Both the position numbers and the translations under genes were made by a program. From Felis catus (taxonomy: Eukaryota): a stretch of DNA of 64,000 nt. Shown in pieces: positions 62,853-64,000 of the stretch. The notes under the pieces are model-generated. The model searched no databases. It had not been told where the DNA came from and was given only the letters and a program-made list of their open reading frames with translations. The stretch covers positions 49,849,815-49,913,814 of the forward strand of contig NC_058368.1 of the NCBI RefSeq assembly GCF_018350175.1, read 5' to 3'. Positions within the stretch are counted from its first letter, which is position 1, and the number at the start of each line of letters is the position of its first letter.

Positions 62853-63250
62853 AACTCGCGCCTCTGGAAGGCACCGAGGCGGCCGGGTAGGCGCGCCGCG
62901 CCCCCAACTCTCGCGCCGAAGGCGCCGCCGAAACTGTGCCAACTGCCGCACCGGCGCCCGCGCCCGCGCCCGCTTTTGGCACGGCGAGACACCGAACTCC
63001 GCGCTTCAGCGGCCCTGCCCCATGCGGCACTTCCCCGGGCGAGGCTCGGAGACTCGGGCGGCGGGCACGGCGGGAGCGCCCCGCGGCCGGACTGGCAGGA
63101 GAGGGCGGGTTAAATCGTCATCCTCCTTCCTCGGGCTAGCGCCGAGGGGCCGAACTTCCCCCTTCCTCCGCCGAGGGCCCCGCTCTGCCGCCGGCCGCCG
63201 CCTGCTCCAGCGCTGCAGAGCCGCTGCGGCCGCCGCGCTCGCCTCGGGCA
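62853..63250 (-). other. TBC1D4: TBC1D4 5' UTR portion of exon 1 (TSS approximate)
   Basis: GC-rich sequence directly upstream of the ATG and just downstream (gene sense) of a GC-box cluster. The exact start cannot be determined from sequence. Confidence 0.6.
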
Positions 63251-64000
63251 GGCGGAGGGAGGCTGGCTGGGCGGGGAATGGGCTCTGGGCGGGCGGGGTG
63301 ACTTGGGGCGGAGCTGACTCCTACCAGGGTGACCGGCTGTCACCTGGAAGGTCGGGGCCGCCGGGCTTCGGAGCGATCAGCCGTGCCTCAGGAAGGGCGT
63401 GCGAGAACTGTTCACTGGAAAATAACCAGACCCAAACGTGGCCACGCTGGGCCGCTCCCCCAGCCGTCGCCGCGGCCCAGCTCGCTGCTCCTCCTCCCGG
63501 CTGCTCCCGTCCCTCCCTCGCTCCTTCCTTCCTTCCAGGCTGCTACTTTAACCGAGCTGCTACCCCGCCTCCCGTCCAGCGGGCGGAGAGAGCCTGGCCC
63601 CTAAAAGCTTTTCGGTGAAGTCACCTCTCCGCCTCTTCCTCCGGCCCCTGTGCCAGCCCGCCCTTCCAATCCGCCCCTGGGGCAGCGACCCCGCTGCAGG
63701 CCCGGCCACTGCCGGGATCGACTCGCCCTCTCCTTGGTCCCCGACGTCTCGGTCCTCCCGCGCGTCTCTGCTGCCCCCTGGAGAGGGGGCCCCCTCTCAA
63801 GAGGGCGTTGGGATTTCTGGTTTTTTGAACAGCATTTATTTGCGTGGCTTCAATTCCTTCTGAAGCCTGCGTAATAAGTTCTGAATCTTATTCCAAACAA
63901 CATCCAAAAGAATCCTATTTTATTCATTCTACATACCCAGCTCAGAGGTGTAGAGATTTCTCACTCTTTTATGTGCAGTAATCTGTAGTTCCACGGAACT

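Larger units (their letters stand above)
61985..63800. promoter_or_regulatory. CpG island / TBC1D4 promoter
   Basis: Abrupt switch to very high GC and dense CpG. GC boxes GGGCGG near 63269, 63287-63298, 63306 and CCGCCC at 63671-63676; CCAAT at 63666-63670; no obvious TATA box. Confidence 0.92.

Noticed and set aside
62853..62951. 33-aa N-terminal extension reported by the ORF track
   Set aside because: Starts at GTG in weak context, while the ATG at 62852 has good context and matches the known N-terminus. Kept only as a hypothesis under the uORF finding.
61796..63874. Many long overlapping ORFs on both strands around exon 1
   Set aside because: Expected from stop-codon scarcity in a CpG island. 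Arg/Pro/Gly/Ala-rich, and only the TBC1D4 frame is recognisable.

Overview
Mammalian, felid (cat-like) genomic DNA, identified by diagnostic SINEC_Fc and L1_Fc retroposons. The only protein-coding sequence I can support is coding exon 1 of TBC1D4 (AS160, the insulin/Akt-regulated Rab-GAP) on the minus strand: ATG at 62852, 498 coding nt ending at 62355, inside a CpG-island promoter. Everything to its left (1-62354) is read as part of the long intron 1. It is filled with about 46 Can-SINEs, 10 LINE-1 fragments (all antisense to the gene), MaLR LTRs, hAT MITEs, MIR/L2 relics and microsatellites. I found no rRNA, functional tRNA or CRISPR array, and cannot claim a new multi-gene system. The most notable observations are: (1) a non-canonical GC 5' splice site on exon 1; (2) two tiny uORFs, one in frame with the CDS and separated from it by a single TGA; (3) a candidate internal promoter/alternative first exon at about 14.97-15.2 kb (TATA-like box plus GTAAGT donor); (4) a 62-66 bp non-tandem duplication 1.34 kb apart; (5) several nested or re-used retroposon target sites, including a SINE with a unique 3' tag. 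Repeat family names come from my recognition of consensus motifs, not from a RepeatMasker run, and boundaries of old repeats are approximate.
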